A DNA stretch of 64,000 nt, taken from the NCBI GenBank assembly GCA_048937405.1, contig JBHLNF010000004.1:64001-128000 (forward strand). Direction: 5' to 3'. The notes under the pieces were generated by a model, which made no database searches, was not told where the DNA came from, and saw only the letters and a program-made list of their open reading frames with translations. A program made the position numbers and the translations under genes. The stretch's first letter is position 1; each line of letters opens with the position of its first letter. Origin of the DNA: Promethearchaeota archaeon (GTDB taxonomy: Archaea > Asgardarchaeota > Lokiarchaeia > Sigyniarchaeales > SOKP01). Below, one piece after another: positions 62,718-64,000 of this stretch.

Positions 62718-64000
62718 TTATTCAAATAAAACTTTTTCAGATAAATTTTGTATTTTTTTTAATTTTTGATGCAAAAACGTTTTTACTTTTTCCGAGTTTA
62801 TATTCGGATTATTCATATATAAATCATAGACTAATAACTCACATTTCTTACTAATTTTTGCTAATTGTTTATGTAGAGGATTTGATTTATCATAGAGAGG
62901 GATTGGAAATAAAAAGGGTCTCTTATGGATATGTCTTGAACTTTTTATTAATCTAATTTTTTTTGATAAATTAGGATCATTTAACAGTGCTGATAAGTAA
63001 TAAGCTTCATTCTTTGAATCAGTGGAGTAATAATAATTCTCAGATCCAATAATCATTTTTTGATTATCATTGTCTATAACTGCTGCTTTTAAGGTAGATC
63101 CACTTGCATTATAAACAACAATATATGACTTATTATTAACTTGTTTTGTAAGTTTATTCCAATAATTTATGTTATCAAATAAAGTGCTAATACTACTAGT
63201 TTCTTTCTTATTTTGTTGATAAATCTTATTCATTTCTTTATAAAACCGCAAAGCTTTGGGGTACTTCTTTAGGAAATTAAAGTTCAATTCAAATTGATCA
63301 TTTATTGGAAGAAATATATTTCTTGTATGTTTGACAAAAAAAGGAAGAAGATCTAAATTTAGAAAAGTTTTAAATTTAAACCTTTGCTCAATTTCTTTAT
63401 CTATAAATTGAAAAGACCATTTTTTTTTAGCTCGAGATAATACGTCTGGATCGGATGAAATTATGAAATAATTTTCTTTTTTTTCTTTTTTTTTAAAAAA
63501 GATCAAAGTACTTGGAACGATTGTAGCACCTTGGAAAAATTTACCTTTATAGGGACTTTTTCCTAAAGAATTTAAAAACTCTAATTGCTGTGTAGGTAGT
63601 ATTAATTTTGCACCATCCTTTTCAATTTTTAAACTGGAGTAGTATGTTTCTTCTTTTATTTCAAGTTTATCATCAAATAATTTGGTCTTTATTGGATATC
63701 TATCTTCAACTGAAATATCATTATTTTTACCGATATATTCTGCTTTTAAACAAATATGATTCACATTAAAAAAATAATTATCTGGAAAATCCCAAATTTC
63801 TAGATTTTTACCAAAAATAGAAAATGCTCTAAATTTAAGGCAATGATCTCCATTTAATACGCTTTTTGGCATAACAAAAAAGACTTGTCGATTCTTTTTT
63901 AAAAATGTTTCTGGAATAGCGTAAAAAAATATCCCCGCTAATTCAATGTGGGTAATATATTGGCTTTCTGGTTTAATTCCTAAAATTTCTGATAATTCAC
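62718..64000 (-). CDS. C-terminal part of an N6-adenine DNA methyltransferase / type IIG-like R-M protein (begins beyond the right edge)
   Basis: Frame open to the edge (ELSEILGIKPESQYITHIELAGIFF...FFVMPKSVL); FQGATIVP, VVYNASG, EAYYLSALLN target-recognition-region pattern. Confidence 0.65.
   Translation of the reverse strand, partial: ELSEILGIKPESQYITHIELAGIFFYAIPETFLKKNRQVFFVMPKSVLNGDHCLKFRAFSIFGKNLEIWDFPDNYFFNVNHICLKAEYIGKNNDISVEDRYPIKTKLFDDKLEIKEETYYSSLKIEKDGAKLILPTQQLEFLNSLGKSPYKGKFFQGATIVPSTLIFFKKKEKKENYFIISSDPDVLSRAKKKWSFQFIDKEIEQRFKFKTFLNLDLLPFFVKHTRNIFLPINDQFELNFNFLKKYPKALRFYKEMNKIYQQNKKETSSISTLFDNINYWNKLTKQVNNKSYIVVYNASGSTLKAAVIDNDNQKMIIGSENYYYSTDSKNEAYYLSALLNDPNLSKKIRLIKSSRHIHKRPFLFPIPLYDKSNPLHKQLAKISKKCELLVYDLYMNNPNINSEKVKTFLHQKLKKIQNLSEKVLFE

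Overview
Very AT-rich archaeal chromosomal DNA, most consistent with an Asgard archaeon (Lokiarchaeia-like). Support: Rab-like and MglA-like GTPases, roadblock and longin-like proteins, a Loki-CTERM-like sorting signal, archaeal AsnRS/GatCAB/CofE, bacterial-type gyrAB, and many TTG/GTG starts after GGTGA/GGAG motifs. About 55 CDSs, one tRNA-Ala(GGC), no rRNA, no CRISPR array and no recognisable transposase or integrase. The main unexplained structure is a recurring insertion pattern. In at least three clear cases (dut, a GNAT-like gene, gatB) and one probable case (a membrane-protein gene), a block of accessory genes lies between an intact host gene and a decayed, diverged second copy of one END of that gene. 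This suggests that incoming DNA carried its own allele of the gene terminus and displaced the resident one. Two of these blocks encode free-standing endonucleases (a double-HNH protein with TFIIB-like repeats, and a GIY-YIG protein). Candidate eukaryote-like proteins: a site-1-protease-like subtilase, an alpha-SNAP-like protein, a TrmB-like protein with five Vps28-CTD-like repeats, and an unannotated B-box-like microprotein. All family assignments come from motif recognition by eye; no searches were run.
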